In this document: positions 1 to 10,575 of the stretch, piece after piece
Layout: each line of letters opens with the position of its first letter
Numbering within the stretch: the first letter of the stretch is position 1
Sequence record: SRR22947725_4814
Direction: 5' to 3' (one strand)
DNA length: 43,301 nucleotides
Notes under the pieces: generated by a model
What the model was told of the DNA's origin: nothing
The model's database searches: none
The model's input: only the letters and a program-made list of their open reading frames with translations
Made by a program: the position numbers and the translations under genes

Positions 1-229
1 AGGCGGGGAACGCAATGCCAACTAACTCGCCAGCTGAAAAGTGAAGGGGCACGCCACAGGCAAGTAGGAATGCATAACCTGCGACCTGCAGGGCAACTAT
101 CCAGTCAACGGAGCCGTCACCCTCGATAAACCAGGCAAGTGTCAGCGGAGCAACTATTAGGCCTACAACCGAGGCGATGATGATGAGCGCTTGTAGCGCC
201 GCAATCGCAAAGCTAAGCCCCCGGTTCAC
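1..229 (-). CDS. Membrane protein, DUF6350-like; 5' part only, runs off the window edge
   Basis: Not in the ORF track. GTG at 229 opens a frame to the edge: MNRGLSFAIAALQALIIIASVVGLIVAPLTLAWFIEGDGSVDW..., strongly hydrophobic. The family call rests on the usual actinobacterial order sucD-DUF6350-purN. Confidence 0.65.
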   Translation of the reverse strand, partial: MNRGLSFAIAALQALIIIASVVGLIVAPLTLAWFIEGDGSVDWIVALQVAGYAFLLACGVPLHFSAGELVGIAFPA

Positions 230-233
230 CGAA

Positions 234-1121
234 CTACAGCTTGCTTACTATTTCCCGCATCAGTTCGGCAGTCTCCGAGGGGGTCTTGCCCACCTTCACA
301 CCAACTGCCTCGAAGGCCTCTTTCTTGGCCTGCGCGGTTCCGGCCGAGCCTGAAACAATTGCGCCAGCGTGACCCATGGTCTTGCCCTCAGGGGCGGTGA
401 AGCCCGCAACATAGGCAACGACTGGCTTGCTGACGTTCTTGGAAATGTACTCGGCGGCTTTCTCTTCGGAGTCGCCACCAATCTCGCCGATCAGAACGAT
501 TGCCTTAGTCTCGGGGTCCTTTTCGAACGCCTCGAGCGCATCGATGTGAGTGGTGCCAATGACGGGGTCTCCACCAATACCGATGGCAGTTGAGAATCCG
601 ATGTCCCGAAGCTCAAACATCATCTGGTAGGTCAGGGTGCCGCTCTTGGAAACAAGTCCAATTGGACCGCGACCTGTGATGTTAGATGGGGTAATACCTG
701 CATTGGACTGCTCAGGAGAGATGATTCCGGGGCAGTTTGGTCCAATCAACCTGGTCTTCTTGCCCTTTTCGACGTTGTAGGCCCAAGCAGCTGCGGAGTC
801 GTGCACCGGAATACCCTCGGTGATGGCAACAGCCAGCGGGATCTCAGCGTCGATGGCCTCGATGATGGCCGCCTTCGCAAAAGCTGGTGGAACAAAGATT
901 ACGGAGACATTTGCTCCGGTTTTCTCCATGGCCTCCGCAACAGAGCCAAAGACTGGCAGCGACTTACCCTCGACCTCGACGCTCTCGCCGGCCTTTCTGG
1001 GGTTTACGCCGCCAACAATGTTGCTGCCGCCTGCGAGCATGCGCTGGGTGTGCTTCATGCCCTCGGCACCGGTCATGCCCTGGACGATGATCTTGGAGTT
1101 GGAGTCTAGATAAATTGCCAT
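234..1121 (-). CDS. sucD: Succinyl-CoA synthetase alpha subunit
   Basis: Motifs IVQGMTG, GPNCPG, SKSGTL, GIGGD and MGHAGA (phospho-His). Start moved to ATG 1121 (MAIYLD), with AAGGGA upstream. Confidence 0.97.
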   Translation of the reverse strand: MAIYLDSNSKIIVQGMTGAEGMKHTQRMLAGGSNIVGGVNPRKAGESVEVEGKSLPVFGSVAEAMEKTGANVSVIFVPPAFAKAAIIEAIDAEIPLAVAITEGIPVHDSAAAWAYNVEKGKKTRLIGPNCPGIISPEQSNAGITPSNITGRGPIGLVSKSGTLTYQMMFELRDIGFSTAIGIGGDPVIGTTHIDALEAFEKDPETKAIVLIGEIGGDSEEKAAEYISKNVSKPVVAYVAGFTAPEGKTMGHAGAIVSGSAGTAQAKKEAFEAVGVKVGKTPSETAELMREIVSKL

Positions 1122-1131
1122 TGTCTGTCCC

Positions 1132-2289
1132 TTACCTGTTCGCCAGCTTCGCGGCCTCGTCAGCGCCGCCATCCATGGTCTCGGCCAGAGTGACCAGAGG
1201 GTGAGCGTAGTCAGCCAGAATTGCTCGGCCCTGGTCTACGTTGTTGCCATCGAGTCTCACGACAAGCGGCTTGGAAGCTTTGTCACCCAGAGTTTCCAAA
1301 GCGCCCACAATTCCGTTAGCGACTGCGTCACAGGCAGTAATTCCACCGAAAACATTTACAAACACGCTCTTGACCTGGGGGTCGTTCAAGATGACATCTA
1401 GACCTGCCGCCATGACCTCTGCCGATGCGCCGCCTCCAATGTCCAGGAAGTTCGCCGGCTTCACACTTCCGTGACGCTCACCTGCGTAGGCAACGACATC
1501 AAGAGTTGACATCACAAGGCCAGCTCCATTGCCAATAATTCCGACCTCACCGTCAAGCTTGACGTAGTTGAGGTCAAGGGCCTGGGCCTTCGCCTCCAGG
1601 GGATCAAGCTGATCGCGTTCCATCTCTTCGCGCTCGTGGCGGAACTCCGCGTTGTCATCTAGAGAAACCTTGCCGTCAAGGGCGATGATGTCGCCGTCCG
1701 CAGTGAGCACCAGCGGATTGACCTCAACCAGGGTTGCGTCTTCTTTGGTGAAGACCTCATAGAGCTTCACGAAGACATCGGAAACCTTGTCCTGCAGCTC
1801 TGCCGGGAAGCCGGCCTGCTTCGCAATCTCTAGGGCCTTGGCCTTGTCGATGCCAGATACTGCCGAGATCGGCACCTTTGCGAGGGCATCTGGGCGTTCG
1901 ACCGCAAGCTGCTCAATCTCCACGCCACCTTCAACGCTGCAGAGCGAGAGGAAGGTGCGATTGGAACGGTCCAGCAAAACTGAGAAGTAGAGCTCTTTGT
2001 CAATCTGGGCACCCTGGGCGATCATCACGCGCTTTACGACGTGGCCCTTAATGTCGAGCCCGAGAATCTCCTCGGCACGCTCCCTGGCCTCTTGCGGGTT
2101 GTGAGCAAGCTTCACACCACCTGCCTTGCCACGGCCGCCAGTTTTGACCTGTGCCTTGATGACCACGGTTCCACCAATTTCCTTGGCGGCCTGCTCGGCC
2201 TCTTCTGGGGTGTCTGCGATGCGACCTGCCAAAACGGGGACCCCATAGGCCTCAAATAGGTCGCGTGCTTGATATTCAAATAAATCCAC
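1132..2289 (-). CDS. sucC: Succinyl-CoA synthetase beta subunit
   Basis: Motifs [48 protein letters not shown]. Confidence 0.98.
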   Translation of the reverse strand: MDLFEYQARDLFEAYGVPVLAGRIADTPEEAEQAAKEIGGTVVIKAQVKTGGRGKAGGVKLAHNPQEARERAEEILGLDIKGHVVKRVMIAQGAQIDKELYFSVLLDRSNRTFLSLCSVEGGVEIEQLAVERPDALAKVPISAVSGIDKAKALEIAKQAGFPAELQDKVSDVFVKLYEVFTKEDATLVEVNPLVLTADGDIIALDGKVSLDDNAEFRHEREEMERDQLDPLEAKAQALDLNYVKLDGEVGIIGNGAGLVMSTLDVVAYAGERHGSVKPANFLDIGGGASAEVMAAGLDVILNDPQVKSVFVNVFGGITACDAVANGIVGALETLGDKASKPLVVRLDGNNVDQGRAILADYAHPLVTLAETMDGGADEAAKLANR

Positions 2290-2327
2290 GGTGAAATTCG
2301 TTTCCTGTGAGAGCGGACAACCCGCTA

Positions 2328-2333
2328 AGTCTA
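2328..2333 (-). promoter_or_regulatory. Putative -10 box (TAGACT) for sucCD
   Basis: TANNNT hexamer about 40 nt upstream of the sucC GTG, followed by a small hairpin (2312-2326) and an AGGA ribosome-binding site. Confidence 0.5.
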
Positions 2334-2358
2334 GCGAACGGCTATTGGCCTAAGCCCG

Positions 2359-4605
2359 CTAAAGCTTGGTAATCGGTGCCATTTTCACAAGTAGCCGCTT
2401 GGTTACCCCGCTATCGAAGGAAACCTCGGCGGTTTGCTTCGGTGGAGTGCCGGTAACTCCAACCACGGTGCCATCACCGAAGCTCTCGTGATTTATGCGA
2501 TCGTTCAGAGCTAACTCCAGGTCCTTGTTGTCCCGGATGGAGCTGGCTGTAATTGACCCCTCCCACCTACTCGGTCTAGGAGCAGTTGCCGCTATCGAGC
2601 GTTCGGTACCAACATTCTCAAGAAGCTCAGGTGGGATGTCAGAAAGAAAGCTCGAGGGCGCCATGGATGCGGTTGAGCCAAACACGGTTCGCTGCAGGGC
2701 ATGAGAGAGGGTGAGCTTTTTCTTGGCCCGAGTCATCCCGACATACATCAGCCTGCGCTCCTCCTGGAGGCCTCCGGGCTCATCAAAGGCCCTAACGTGA
2801 GGGAGGGTTCCCTGCTCGATGCCAATCATGAATACCTGATCAAACTCGAGCCCCTTGGCGGTGTGGAGGGTCATCAGCGATAGGTTCCCGGAATCATCGA
2901 CGATCTCGTCGGCCGCGGCGGCAAGTGTCACCTCAGCAAGGTAGTCGGAGAGGGTTCCCTCGGGAAACTTTGCCTGCCACTCATAGAGCTGACCCAGTAG
3001 CGCATCGAGGTTTTCAAGTCTTGCCTCATCCTGAGGGTCGCGACTGATCTCAAGTTCGGAGCGGTAGCCGCTCTTGATGAGTGCCTGCTTGAGGACATCC
3101 GCTGGACCATCACTTGCGCTCATGGCATCCAGCTCATTTAGTAATTTGCCAAATTCGTCGATTGCTCCAGTCAGCTTTGGACCCAGCCCCAGCTCTTGAG
3201 AGCGCAAGAGGGCCAGCCGGATGGAGATTTCATTGGATCTTGCAAACTGCGAGATCTTGGCCTCGGTTTTGTCACCGATGCCACGAGCTGGGACATTGAT
3301 AATGCGCCTGACCGCCTCGTCGTCTCTGGCATTTGAGATTGCTGCCAGGTAGGCAAGTGCGTCCTTTATCTCCTTGCGCTCGAAGAACTTAAGGCCCCCG
3401 ATGACCACGTAGGGGACTCGTTGAACCTTGAGCTCGTTCTCCAGTGAAAGGGTGAGGGCATTGACCCTGTAGAGGACAGCCATGTCCCGGTAGTTGGTGC
3501 CGCTCTCGTGAAGCTCCTTGACCTGGTCAACCACAAAGGCCGCCTCATTGCGCTCGTCGTAACCGGTGAAGAGGGTTACCTTCTCGCCAGCTCCGCTATC
3601 GGTCCAAAGGTTCTTGGGCGGGCGATAGGGATTCTGAGAGATGACGGCATTTGCAGCCGAGAGGATGTTTTGGGTGGAGCGATAGTTCTGCTCCAAAAGT
3701 ATCGTCTCGGCTCCCGGGAAGTCCCGCTCAAACTCGGTGATGTTTCTTATGTCCGCACCCCGGAAGGCGTAGATGGATTGGTCGCTATCACCCACCACAG
3801 TCAAATCTGCAGGTGGCATAACCTCACCGGTTTCCTCGTTCACAAGCTGATGCTCGGGTGGAAGAGGTCTGGTGAACTCTCGAATTAGGGCGTATTGCGC
3901 GTGGTTAGTGTCCTGGTACTCATCGATCAGGACATGGCGGAACTTCTTTTGATATCTTGCTCGAACCTCCGGAAATGCGCGCAGCAGGTTCACCGTCTCT
4001 GCGATCAGGTCATCGAAGTCAAAGGCGTTGTTTCGCTTCAGCTCTTGGGCATATGCCTGGAATACCTCGGCGACAATTCGCTGCCTGGGATTTGAGCGAT
4101 CTGCATTCCTCGCGAAATCCTCGGCATCTTTGAGCTCGTTCTTGGCGTTTGAGATCATTGCCGCAGCCTGCTGGGGCTTGATGTCGGCATCCTCCGCCCC
4201 GGCCTCACGCAAGAGCCTGCGAAGCAGGGCCCTGGTGTCTCCTGTGTCATAGACGGTGAAGTTGGAATCATGGCCAAGCCGCTCGGCCTCGCGCCTAAGA
4301 ATCTGCAGGCAGGCGGAGTGGAAGGTTCTTATCCACATACCTTCGGCCGATTGCCCAATCAGCGACTCCACCCGCTCCCGCATCTCGGCAGCAGCCTTGT
4401 TGGTGAAGGTAATTGAAAGTATTTGCGAGGGCCAGAGCTCTTTGGTTGCGAGCAGGTGGGCAATGCGGTGGGTGAGGACTCTGGTCTTGCCCGATCCGGC
4501 ACCCGCAACAATCAAGAGCGCACTGCCTCTATAGAGGACTGCCTTGCGCTGCTCGGGGTTTAGCCCCTCAAGCAGTGGATCGATTTCGGCTGGAACCCTG
4601 GACAT
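2359..4605 (-). CDS. pcrA: ATP-dependent DNA helicase PcrA/UvrD1
   Basis: SF1A motifs AGAGSGKT, TFTNKAA, DEYQD, VGDSDQSIYAFRGA, QNYRS, TLHTAKGLEF, EERRLMYVGMTRA, plus a C-terminal Tudor-like segment (HESFGDGTV). Confidence 0.96.
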   Translation of the reverse strand: MSRVPAEIDPLLEGLNPEQRKAVLYRGSALLIVAGAGSGKTRVLTHRIAHLLATKELWPSQILSITFTNKAAAEMRERVESLIGQSAEGMWIRTFHSACLQILRREAERLGHDSNFTVYDTGDTRALLRRLLREAGAEDADIKPQQAAAMISNAKNELKDAEDFARNADRSNPRQRIVAEVFQAYAQELKRNNAFDFDDLIAETVNLLRAFPEVRARYQKKFRHVLIDEYQDTNHAQYALIREFTRPLPPEHQLVNEETGEVMPPADLTVVGDSDQSIYAFRGADIRNITEFERDFPGAETILLEQNYRSTQNILSAANAVISQNPYRPPKNLWTDSGAGEKVTLFTGYDERNEAAFVVDQVKELHESGTNYRDMAVLYRVNALTLSLENELKVQRVPYVVIGGLKFFERKEIKDALAYLAAISNARDDEAVRRIINVPARGIGDKTEAKISQFARSNEISIRLALLRSQELGLGPKLTGAIDEFGKLLNELDAMSASDGPADVLKQALIKSGYRSELEISRDPQDEARLENLDALLGQLYEWQAKFPEGTLSDYLAEVTLAAAADEIVDDSGNLSLMTLHTAKGLEFDQVFMIGIEQGTLPHVRAFDEPGGLQEERRLMYVGMTRAKKKLTLSHALQRTVFGSTASMAPSSFLSDIPPELLENVGTERSIAATAPRPSRWEGSITASSIRDNKDLELALNDRINHESFGDGTVVGVTGTPPKQTAEVSFDSGVTKRLLVKMAPITKL

Positions 4606-4615
4606 CTTGCGTAGC

Positions 4616-5449
4616 CTAGGGCAGGGCAGCTACAACTTCGGCTAGCAGGTCAGGCTGGTCGGTAAAGATGCCATCCACCCCGGTTGCAATGAGTCTTTCG
4701 AACCAGGCCCGCCACTGACCCTCAGCCGTCTCGGTTCTCGCGGTGTAGGTAAAGATGTAGAGGCCCTTGGACTTGGCCCTAGCGACCAGGTCACCCTGCA
4801 GCACCATTGGAATAGCTACCGAGACTCCATCAAAGTTCTCGGCGATCTCTTCGAGCAGCTCGTTCTCGAGTTCGCTGAAACCCTCTGGCAGCATGTCTGG
4901 CGCTGAGAGAAAGACATGCTGGGCCCGGCTGCCAATTGCCTCTTTAGCTCTGCGCAGAACACCAAACTCAAAACACTCGATGGTTACCCTCACACCGCGC
5001 TCATCGAGATCTGCTTCCTCGAGAATCTGCTTCAGCGCTTCGACCGAATCAAGGCCAGCATCAAAGAAGTGCTTTCCGTATTTGAGCTCAATGATGAGGT
5101 GACGGCCGTCAAAGCCGGGGTGATTTACGACCTCTCGAAGGGTGGGGATGTGGTACTTGCCATCGTGACTTGCAGACTCCTGGCGGCCATCGGGATATCG
5201 CTCAATCGCCCTGAGTTGTGCAACGTCCTCTGCCTTCAGCTCATCAACCATGTTGCTCAGAAAACTGTGCTTTTGGATATCAGTGGTGTGAGTGAGGTCC
5301 CGATCGTGACGAATCACGGGAACCCCGTCTTGAGTCATGACAACGTCAAACTCAATTGCGGCAGCGCCTAACTCGAAGGCGTGCTCGAAGGACTCCATTG
5401 TGTTCTCGGGTAGATAGCCGCACGCACCGCGGTGCCCAAAAACCTCCAC
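4616..5449 (-). CDS. Glycerophosphodiester phosphodiesterase family protein
   Basis: Motifs GHRGA, PENT, IEFDV, HD, IPTL, GVDGIFTD. Start is GTG 5449 just after the guaA stop, or 5461 with overlap. Confidence 0.9.
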   Translation of the reverse strand: MEVFGHRGACGYLPENTMESFEHAFELGAAAIEFDVVMTQDGVPVIRHDRDLTHTTDIQKHSFLSNMVDELKAEDVAQLRAIERYPDGRQESASHDGKYHIPTLREVVNHPGFDGRHLIIELKYGKHFFDAGLDSVEALKQILEEADLDERGVRVTIECFEFGVLRRAKEAIGSRAQHVFLSAPDMLPEGFSELENELLEEIAENFDGVSVAIPMVLQGDLVARAKSKGLYIFTYTARTETAEGQWRAWFERLIATGVDGIFTDQPDLLAEVVAALP

Positions 5450-5451
5450 TG

Positions 5452-7005
5452 CTATTCCCACTCGATCGTGCCGGGAGGCTTCGAGGTGACATCCAACACA
5501 ACTCGGTTCACACCCTCGACTTCGTTGGTGATTCGGTTGGAGATTCGTGCCAATAGCTCATAGGGAAGCCTCGACCAGTCGGCGGTCATCGCATCCTCGG
5601 ATGAGACAGGGCGCAACACGATGGGGTGTCCATAGCTGCGGCCATCACCCTGCACGCCAACAGACCTAACGTCCGCCAAAAGAACCACTGGGCACTGCCA
5701 AATCTCACCGTCCTTGCCCGCTGCGGTCAGCTCTTCCCGCACAATCGCATCCGCATCTCGCAGCAGGTCGAGTCGCTCCTTGGTGACCTCTCCAACGATG
5801 CGGATGCCAAGACCTGGCCCTGGGAACGGATGACGCTGGACAATCTCGGCAGGGAGCCCAAGCTCAGCTCCAATTGCCCTTACCTCGTCCTTGAACAAAG
5901 TCCTTAGCGGCTCCACCAGTTCAAAGTCGAGGTCCTCTGGAAGGCCTCCAACGTTGTGGTGAGACTTGATGCCGGCGGTTACCCCACCACCGGACTCGAC
6001 TACGTCCGGGTAGAGGGTTCCCTGCACCAAAAACTTGATTGGTTGGTTGTCATCGATGGCCTCGGCGACGAGCTTGCGCTCGGCCTCCTCGAAGGTCCTG
6101 ATGAACTCCCTGCCTATGATCTTGCGCTTTTGTTCGGGATCGCTAACTCCACTGAGGGCTCCGAGAAACTTCTCCTCGGCGTCTACAACCACAAGCTTGA
6201 TGCCGGTGGCGGCAACATAGTCACGCTCGACCTGCTCCGCTTCGCCCTTGCGCAACAGGCCGTGATCAACAAATACAGCGGTCAGCTGATCGCCAACCGC
6301 GCGATGAACAAGTGCTGCCGCAACTGCTGAGTCCACTCCCCCAGAGAGGCCGCAAATCACCCTCGCGCTTCCGACCTGGGCACGAATCTTTTCAACCTGC
6401 TCAGCGATGACATTGCCCGAGTTCCAACTCGGCTCAATGCCTGCACCTTCATAGAGAAAGTTCTTCAAAACCTGCTGGCCCTGCTCGGAGTGCTTGACCT
6501 CTGGGTGCCACTGGACACCGAAGATTCGCTTGTCTAAGTTCTCGAAGGCCGCAACCGGTGTTGTGGCGGTTGAGGCAAGCACCTCAAAACCGCTGGGAGC
6601 CTCCATTACCTGATCGCCATGGCTCATCCAGCAAACCTGCAGATCGGGCTGGGAGGCGAGCAGTGTGCCACCAGAGCTCAGCTTGAGATCCGTTGCCCCG
6701 TATTCTCTCTTGCCGGTCTTATCGACCCGGCCACCAAGGGCCTGGGCCAGAACCTGGAAGCCGTAGCAAATGCCTAAGACCGGTATGCCAAGCTCAAGGA
6801 TTTTTGCATCAAGTCTGGGGGAGTTTTCCTCGTAGACGCTCGAGGGTCCTCCGGAGAGGATGATGGCTGCAGGATTCTTCTGGGCGACCTCAGCCGCAGA
6901 AATGTTGTGCGGAACAATCTCTGAGTAGACGTTTGCTTCCCGAACCCTGCGGGCAATCAGCTGGGCATACTGAGCGCCGAAGTCGACCACTAATACCGGC
7001 TTCAT
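5452..7005 (-). CDS. guaA: GMP synthase (glutamine-hydrolysing)
   Basis: Motifs [49 protein letters not shown]. Confidence 0.98.
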   Translation of the reverse strand: MKPVLVVDFGAQYAQLIARRVREANVYSEIVPHNISAAEVAQKNPAAIILSGGPSSVYEENSPRLDAKILELGIPVLGICYGFQVLAQALGGRVDKTGKREYGATDLKLSSGGTLLASQPDLQVCWMSHGDQVMEAPSGFEVLASTATTPVAAFENLDKRIFGVQWHPEVKHSEQGQQVLKNFLYEGAGIEPSWNSGNVIAEQVEKIRAQVGSARVICGLSGGVDSAVAAALVHRAVGDQLTAVFVDHGLLRKGEAEQVERDYVAATGIKLVVVDAEEKFLGALSGVSDPEQKRKIIGREFIRTFEEAERKLVAEAIDDNQPIKFLVQGTLYPDVVESGGGVTAGIKSHHNVGGLPEDLDFELVEPLRTLFKDEVRAIGAELGLPAEIVQRHPFPGPGLGIRIVGEVTKERLDLLRDADAIVREELTAAGKDGEIWQCPVVLLADVRSVGVQGDGRSYGHPIVLRPVSSEDAMTADWSRLPYELLARISNRITNEVEGVNRVVLDVTSKPPGTIEWE

Positions 7006-7436
7006 TTGCCCTCTAGTTCTCTGAGCTGCTCCCTAGCAAGCTTTGCGTACTTGGCCTCGGTGTAGAAGCTCAGAAATGGCACGACACCGCCCGCTCCGAT
7101 AATTAGGAACCTTGTAAACGGCCAGCGCATCAGGGTCCAAAGCCTGAAATCTGCAAGCAAATACACAACATAGAGCCAGCCGTGAACTATCAAGATCAAA
7201 ACCGTGAGGTTCAAACCGACCTCTGGCAGCCCCTCGCCATCAATGCCGTATCTCTCAAAGGAAATAACCCCGTTGGGACCAAACATCCACAGGTCATAAC
7301 CTAAAAACGGCAGCCTTCTAATACCCCAGGTCACCATCAACAAAAGCAGGAAGACGCCTGTTACGTAAGAGGAGACTTTGTAGAACTTCAGCACCGAGTA
7401 AATGGCAGGAATCTGGCTCGGCGAAGGGGAAGACAT
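7002..7436 (-). CDS. Membrane protein, DUF3817-like
   Basis: Three hydrophobic segments with HGWLYVVYL and GVVPFLSF motifs. Overlaps guaA by ATGA, the usual position before guaA in Microbacteriaceae. Confidence 0.8.
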   Translation of the reverse strand: MSSPSPSQIPAIYSVLKFYKVSSYVTGVFLLLLMVTWGIRRLPFLGYDLWMFGPNGVISFERYGIDGEGLPEVGLNLTVLILIVHGWLYVVYLLADFRLWTLMRWPFTRFLIIGAGGVVPFLSFYTEAKYAKLAREQLRELEGK

Positions 7437-7445
7437 GCCCTAAGT

Positions 7446-9068
7446 CTACTTAGCGATTTCACCCAATTTGGTCAGTGCAAGTGACTTGGCTTCGTCGCTG
7501 TCGTGTCCAGAAATTGCTGCCTCAAAGACCTCGCGTGCTTCGTCATGGGTGACCGAAGATAGGGCCGTCCTAACGGCACCAACCTGAGACCTCGAGGAGG
7601 AAACCGAGTCGTAACCCATACCCGCTAGCACCACGGCAAATGCCGGGTCAGAGCCGCTTTCCCCACAAACTCCGGAGTAAATACCGGCCTTCTTAGACTC
7701 GATGGCAATTTGGTTCAAAGAAGCAATCAGCGCGGGCTGCCAAGGGTTGAGCATGGCACCCAGGTTTGGGTTCATACGGTCAGAGGCGAATAGGTACTGC
7801 GAAAGATCGTTGGTGCCGACAGAGATGAAATCAACTACTCCCTTGAGCTTCGAAATCTCATAGACAATCGAGGGGGTCTCAACCATGATTCCGACCTTGA
7901 ACTGACCTGCGGCCTTGGCAAGCGAGGCGAACTCTTTCGCCTCAGCGGCCGTCGCAACCATCGGAGCCATTACCCAGACTTCGCGACCAGAGGCCTTACG
8001 GGCTGCTTCCAAAGCCTCGAGCTGCGAAACAATGAAATCGCGGTGGTCTCTAACAAGCCTGAATCCGCGAACTCCCAGAGCAGGATTCTCCTCATCTGGC
8101 ATTTTCAGAAACGGAACGGGCTTGTCACTTCCGGCATCGATCGTCCTCACAACAATCGGCCCCTCAGGGCAGGCAGTAAGGATTTCGGTATAGGACTGGA
8201 TTTGCCTTTCGAGGGTTGGCTCGGTTGTCGCGGAGAGATACAAAAGCTCAGTGCGGAACAGTCCAACACCCTCTGCCGCGGTTGCAGCGGCGGCAACGGC
8301 ATCCTCAAGCGAGCCAATGTTTGAGCGAACCGGAATTACTGGCTCTGTGGACTTGGCAACGAAGCTGATGGCCTTGGTCACATCTGCCGCGGTTCCGCCA
8401 ATTACGACCCTGTCGCCAACAGGGTCGACCAAAACCATTTGGCCATCTTTGAGTTCTTTTGCCCCTGAGCAGGAAACAACCGCAGGAATCGACTTTGAGC
8501 GGCAAATGATGGCGGTGTGAGAGGTCGGGCCACCTTGAATCGTAATTACCCCCACCACCGCAGAAGTGAACTGGGCGGTATCGGCGGGAGAGAAGTCTTC
8601 GCCGACAATTACAAACTTTCCGGTCTCTGGAAGATCTAACCCTAGAAAGATGCCGTGAATGTTTGCCGCAACCCTTTTTGCCAGGTCTCTAATATCCGCA
8701 ATGCGCTCCTCAAATGTGGGGTCACCGGAGAGTAGCTCAGCAAAAGTCTCCATGGCATTCACAAAAGCCGTGCCAGCCTCCCAGCCATCATCAAGCTGAG
8801 CAACAGCTGCATCAAAGAGGCTCTCGTCCAACAGGATCATTCCTAGCGCCTCAAAAATCTCAGCTGATGTCTCGCCTGCCTTCTCGGCAAGGCTCTCTAG
8901 TTCGCTTGAAACCTCATCAACTGCTTTGCGCAGCTTTGACTGCTCGGCAGCAATATCTCCAGAATGCTTTGCCGGAATTGGAAGTGGCTCAGCCTGACGG
9001 ACGTGAAAGACCTCCGCGGTTACCGCCTCGAGCCCAACGCCGAGGCCTGAGAGGACCTGTTGAGTCAA
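7446..9068 (-). CDS. ptsI: PTS enzyme I (PEP-protein phosphotransferase)
   Basis: Motifs GGPTSHTAI (phospho-His), GVGLFRTE, RTIDAGSDK, EENPALGVRG, MVETP, GTNDLSQY, GVCGE. TTG start. Confidence 0.95.
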   Translation of the reverse strand: MTQQVLSGLGVGLEAVTAEVFHVRQAEPLPIPAKHSGDIAAEQSKLRKAVDEVSSELESLAEKAGETSAEIFEALGMILLDESLFDAAVAQLDDGWEAGTAFVNAMETFAELLSGDPTFEERIADIRDLAKRVAANIHGIFLGLDLPETGKFVIVGEDFSPADTAQFTSAVVGVITIQGGPTSHTAIICRSKSIPAVVSCSGAKELKDGQMVLVDPVGDRVVIGGTAADVTKAISFVAKSTEPVIPVRSNIGSLEDAVAAAATAAEGVGLFRTELLYLSATTEPTLERQIQSYTEILTACPEGPIVVRTIDAGSDKPVPFLKMPDEENPALGVRGFRLVRDHRDFIVSQLEALEAARKASGREVWVMAPMVATAAEAKEFASLAKAAGQFKVGIMVETPSIVYEISKLKGVVDFISVGTNDLSQYLFASDRMNPNLGAMLNPWQPALIASLNQIAIESKKAGIYSGVCGESGSDPAFAVVLAGMGYDSVSSSRSQVGAVRTALSSVTHDEAREVFEAAISGHDSDEAKSLALTKLGEIAK

Positions 9069-9070
9069 AA

Positions 9071-9340
9071 TTAGCCTTTTAGAAACTGCTGAATCTGGTC
9101 GATTATGGCTTGTGCCTGAGCGGCGTCTTCGGTGTCAACCTCGACAGTTAGCTCCTCGCCTGTCTTGCCCTTCATGGCCATGAGCCCGAGTGGAGAGTTG
9201 GCTTTAACCATGTTGCCGCCGACCTTGCCCATCCTGATTTCAAGACCGGACTCTTTCACAAGCTTCACGATCTGACCTGCGGGCCTTGCGTGAAAGCCAA
9301 TGGGATCTTCGATTGTGACGGTTGCCGTGACGGTTGACAT
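9071..9340 (-). CDS. ptsH: Phosphocarrier protein HPr
   Basis: GFHARPA (His15 motif), 89 aa, strong AAGGAG ribosome-binding site, directly upstream of ptsI. Confidence 0.93.
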   Translation of the reverse strand: MSTVTATVTIEDPIGFHARPAGQIVKLVKESGLEIRMGKVGGNMVKANSPLGLMAMKGKTGEELTVEVDTEDAAQAQAIIDQIQQFLKG

Positions 9341-9362
9341 TTTTCTCCTTAGGTCCTTCAGG

Positions 9363-9371
9363 ATGCTAGCA
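9363..9371 (-). promoter_or_regulatory. Putative internal extended -10 (TGcTAGCAT) for ptsHI
   Basis: TGn-TANNNT in the AT-rich mtlD-ptsH gap, about 22 nt upstream of the ptsH ATG. Confidence 0.4.
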
Positions 9372-9385
9372 ATTAATCTTTGAAG

Positions 9386-10552
9386 TTACCCCAGAAGGCC
9401 CTGACGAGCCGCCTGACGTTTGTGATTGTCGATTGTCTCGACTAAGTACTGTGAAAGTGGGTGGGAGCTTGAGATCCCACATACCTCTTGAGCAAACTCG
9501 GAGGTTGAAAGGCTGGTTAGAAGAAGTTGCAGCCTTGCTACTTCAGGGTCGTCATCGTTTTCAAAGGCTAGAGCTGCCGAGACCACATCGAGCAGGTGCT
9601 CAGGACGTCCGTAGTGCTCTGCGTACTGAGCCGCTGGGCCGATGAGCCTCTCGAGCCGCGAGAGCTTTCTAATGGGATCACGACCCACGCGCTCGACCTG
9701 GTCATCTATTGCGGGGCTAGTGATGCGCTTGAGGGTCTTCTTCACATATCTACTGTGTGCTGCGGGGTCGAAGTTGTGCTTGCGCATCAGCACCTTCGAA
9801 GTCTCCTCTAAGACAGCCTTGGTCTTCTTCATTACGGCCGGATCGTTCAGAGCCAAAACAACCGTTGCGTGGCCTGCCCGCTGGCCCAAATAGGCCGCCG
9901 AGAGGTGGGACGTGTTAACAGTGAAGAGCTTGCGCTCGATAAACGGCTCAAGCCGGTCAACAAATGTTGCTGATGGAATTTCCAGCTTGATTCCGGAGAG
10001 ATTGCTCGCGTCGATGACCCATTCGCAAAACGCCTCAACGGCAACGTCGGGCTCTGAGCCGTCAGGCTGGATAGGGACAATTCGGTCGACAGCGGTGTTG
10101 GCAAACACTGCGACTGAATCTAGGTTTTCAACTGTGCGGATCTCGGATTTCAAAATGTCCGTTGCATTGATTGCGTTTTCGCAGGCCATCACCACGGCCG
10201 GCTTTGAAAGTGTTCTGGCTGAGAGCCCCTCCGCAATCACGGGGGCAATCAAGGGCAAAATGTTTGCGCCTACTGACGCAGTAATAATTTCGGCCTTTGC
10301 TAGCTGGCCGATTAGCTCCGAGCGCTGCTCGACAGAGTGCAGGGCTCGATAGTTGGTGTAGGTCTTCTTTTGAGAACCCGCTCCGAGCTCGGTGAGGGTG
10401 TAGTTGCCCCTGTCATTGAGGGCGTGGATAAGACCTGCGTTGACATCCGCGAAGACCACAAAGTAGCCAGCGTCCTGAAGGACTGCCCCTATAAAGCCGC
10501 GGCCGATATTGCCGGCGCCAAAGTGGACGGCTATTGGTCTTTCGGAGCTCAT
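9386..10552 (-). CDS. mtlD: Mannitol-1-phosphate 5-dehydrogenase
   Basis: Motifs HFGAGNIGRGFIG, ACEN, VDRIVP, ERKLFTVN, RVGRDPIRKL. Confidence 0.95.
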   Translation of the reverse strand: MSSERPIAVHFGAGNIGRGFIGAVLQDAGYFVVFADVNAGLIHALNDRGNYTLTELGAGSQKKTYTNYRALHSVEQRSELIGQLAKAEIITASVGANILPLIAPVIAEGLSARTLSKPAVVMACENAINATDILKSEIRTVENLDSVAVFANTAVDRIVPIQPDGSEPDVAVEAFCEWVIDASNLSGIKLEIPSATFVDRLEPFIERKLFTVNTSHLSAAYLGQRAGHATVVLALNDPAVMKKTKAVLEETSKVLMRKHNFDPAAHSRYVKKTLKRITSPAIDDQVERVGRDPIRKLSRLERLIGPAAQYAEHYGRPEHLLDVVSAALAFENDDDPEVARLQLLLTSLSTSEFAQEVCGISSSHPLSQYLVETIDNHKRQAARQGLLG

Positions 10553-10575
10553 AATTACTTTTCTTTATCTGTGGC

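Noticed and set aside
2359..4605. UvrD helicase as part of a Gabija-like defence system
   Set aside because: It is full-length housekeeping PcrA in its usual guaA-pcrA-sucCD context, with no partner nuclease.
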